Below are positions 61,801 through 64,000 of a stretch of DNA of 64,000 nt, one piece after another; the first letter of the stretch is position 1; each line of letters starts with the position of its first letter. Where the stretch lies: positions 38,487,703-38,551,702 of the forward strand of contig CP154954.1 in NCBI GenBank assembly GCA_039621445.1, written 5' to 3'. The translations under genes were made by a program, and so were the position numbers. The notes beneath the pieces are model-generated. The model saw nothing but the letters and a program-made list of their open reading frames with translations. It was not told the origin of the DNA and made no database searches. The DNA comes from Euglena gracilis. Lineage: Eukaryota.

Positions 61801-63388
61801 CATAAAAAATTCGGCGCCTTCCGCACCAGGCACCCACCAGCCAAAAAAGGTACCCCCGGGGGGTCCGGCCGGAGCCACCCACCATATCCCACCCTCCTGC
61901 AGGCATTCACCAACTGAGTCTGTAGAAAACTTTTTGACCTTTAAAACATCAAAATAAACACTAATTAAAGGTTTATCCTCGAAAAAGAAGAAGTTTCATT
62001 CGGCAGCAAGATTTTAGTTGGCCCGGGAGGCAAGGAAAATCTCCAGGGGATTCCAAAAAATTTAGTGTTATTGATAGAGTTGTGTTCATACAATTTTTTA
62101 CCGACCACCGAAAGGGAGGGGGGGGTCACTCCACTTTTCGAAAACCAGTCAGTCACTTTTTTCGGGAAACCAGTCAGTCACTACCCCCCCCCCCGGGGGG
62201 GTCGGCCACTCTGGGATCCAAAGGAAACTTGATCAAAAACCAAAAATTTTCCGAAAAATTTCCAAAAATTTTCCGGCACCGGGTCACTTTGGTGGATTTT
62301 TGCCCCCCCCCCCCCGGGGCGGGAGGGGGTCCGGGCCAAAAACCAGTCAGTCATTCCGGAAAAAACAGTCACCCCGGGGGGGGGGGGTGTCAGCCAGGGG
62401 TTAGGGGTTCAGCCTAACTTTAGGCCTAACTTGTACACCTAACAACCGTCTAGGCCCAAAGTTAGGCCAAACTCCCAACCCTAACCCTATTCCATCAATC
62501 CCAATTTTTTTGCGGACCCCCCCCTGGAGATTTAACTTGCCCTCCCCGGGGGGGGACAAGTGAAATCTTGCTGCCTTCCATTCACCCCCGCTGTTTCGGT
62601 CCAGAAATGAAGCACGGTGCATTGCTGTGAATAGATGGATTTATTCACTTAATAAAAACCCGGCTTTCAGGGGGAGGCAGCACAATGCCCTGGCACAATT
62701 TTTTGGGGCCCTCTAACACACTGCACAACACCTCCACTTTGTGGAGTCCTTGTCTGAGAGAGAAATAACCAATTTTAAGGCTTCAAAATTTAAAAAAAAT
62801 GGTTTTGGTCCACTTGCGCAAATGCGCAAATGAACCATTCTTGTGATCATTTGCGCAACTGTGCAAGTGGCCCATTCAACGATCACAGCGATGTTCAAGG
62901 GGGGGGGGGTCCAGCGGCACAGGGCAACATGGGAGAGGGAGCACCACAATTCTGTCTGTTGGTTGGCTTTGAAGTGGCCCTTTTGCGTAATTGTGCAAGT
63001 GGTCCACGTGCGCAAATGGACTTTGCATTTGCTGCTGTATGTCTGTCCCAGAGTGTCTCAACGCGAATGGGTGATGTGGTTTGCCTGCCACGGAACTCAA
63101 CTGGTTCTTTACCCCCTCCATCAACCGCAATTTCCAGAAGTCCGTTTCTAACTATCACATTTGTTTGTTGTGTGAAAATGCAGTGCTTTCGTGACCCACC
63201 TCAAAAACCTCCACAGGGTGCTGCACAACTTCAAAAAACATTCAAAAGGGTGGCCCGTCCTCCATTTACCGAACATGTACTCGCACATTGCAGTGCCGTT
63301 GTGCTCCAATGTTGTGGGTGTGGGTTTGGGGGTGTGGGTGTGGGTGTGGGTGTGGGTGTGGGTGTGGGTGTGGGTGTGGGTGTGGGTG

Positions 63389-63791
63389 TACCTCCCCCCC
63401 TGTCTACGCACCGGAAAAGATGGGTAAGAACCGGGGGGGGGGGGGGTGCTTATTTTGCCAAAATATGGGTAAGAACCAGGGGGGCAGTGCTTAGACAAGG
63501 GGGAAAAATTGACTGCAAAAAAAAAATCCGGTGCTTCGCACCGAAAAGGAAAAATTCACCTTATTTTGGAAGTCCACTGTTGAACTTACACACATTTGGA
63601 TGCAGAAATCAGCAATACCACACCAAATCAGGTCTCAGAAGTTGCAGTCGAAATGTTTGAGAAATTTCCCTTAAAAAATGCACACAAAATAAACCTCCCC
63701 GTGACGATGACCAGATGGAAAAGATGGGTAAGAACCGGGGGGGGGGGGGTGCTTAGACAAGGGTGGTGCTTAGACAAGGGGGGGGGAGGTA
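63389..63791. mobile_element. TA-flanked MITE related to family B
   Basis: TA-CCTCn-TGTCTACGCACC ... GGTGCTTAGACAA-Gn-AGG-TA; internal ATGGGTAAGAACC x3; lies between GT-type microsatellites. Confidence 0.8.
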
Positions 63792-63844
63792 TTTGTGTGT
63801 GGTGTTCGTGTGGTGTTCGTGTGTGTGGGGTTGTGTGTGTGGTG

Positions 63845-63928
<84 letters not shown>

Positions 63929-64000
63929 TGTGTGTGTTTGTTGTGTGTGGTGTGTGTGTGTGTGTGTGGTGTGTGTGTGTGTGGTGTGTGTGTGTGTGTG

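Overview
Repeat-rich eukaryotic nuclear DNA, very probably from a euglenid such as Euglena. Short GC-rich exons are separated by a mixture of GT-AG introns and non-GT-AG 'nonconventional' introns whose ends base-pair (CAG at +4..+6 with CTG at -8..-6). I reconstructed three minus-strand genes by hand: (1) a PAK1IP1/Mak11-like WD40 protein carrying an inserted WWE domain (58775->48386); (2) a probably single ~35-kb gene with two WW-like domains, a long Pro-rich linker and an eEF2K-type alpha-kinase domain (45310->10051); (3) an AN1 zinc-finger protein with a ZFAND1-like ubiquitin-like domain and a C-terminal CaaX box (8754->141). Introns are packed with non-autonomous DNA transposons: hAT-like MITEs with CAG...CTG ends and 8-bp TSDs, TA-flanked MITEs, a 4-kb TIR element carrying 13 palindromes and a 3.1-kb satellite-filled TIR element, plus micro/minisatellites. 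The main observation is that the nonconventional-intron geometry (3 nt before CAG + 5 nt after CTG = 8 nt) equals the 8-bp TSD of the hAT-like MITEs in the same window, and some introns retain 7/8-nt direct repeats, suggesting a transposon-to-intron route. Most long ORFs in the supplied track are artefacts. Exon boundaries are manual and homopolymer lengths may be mis-assembled.
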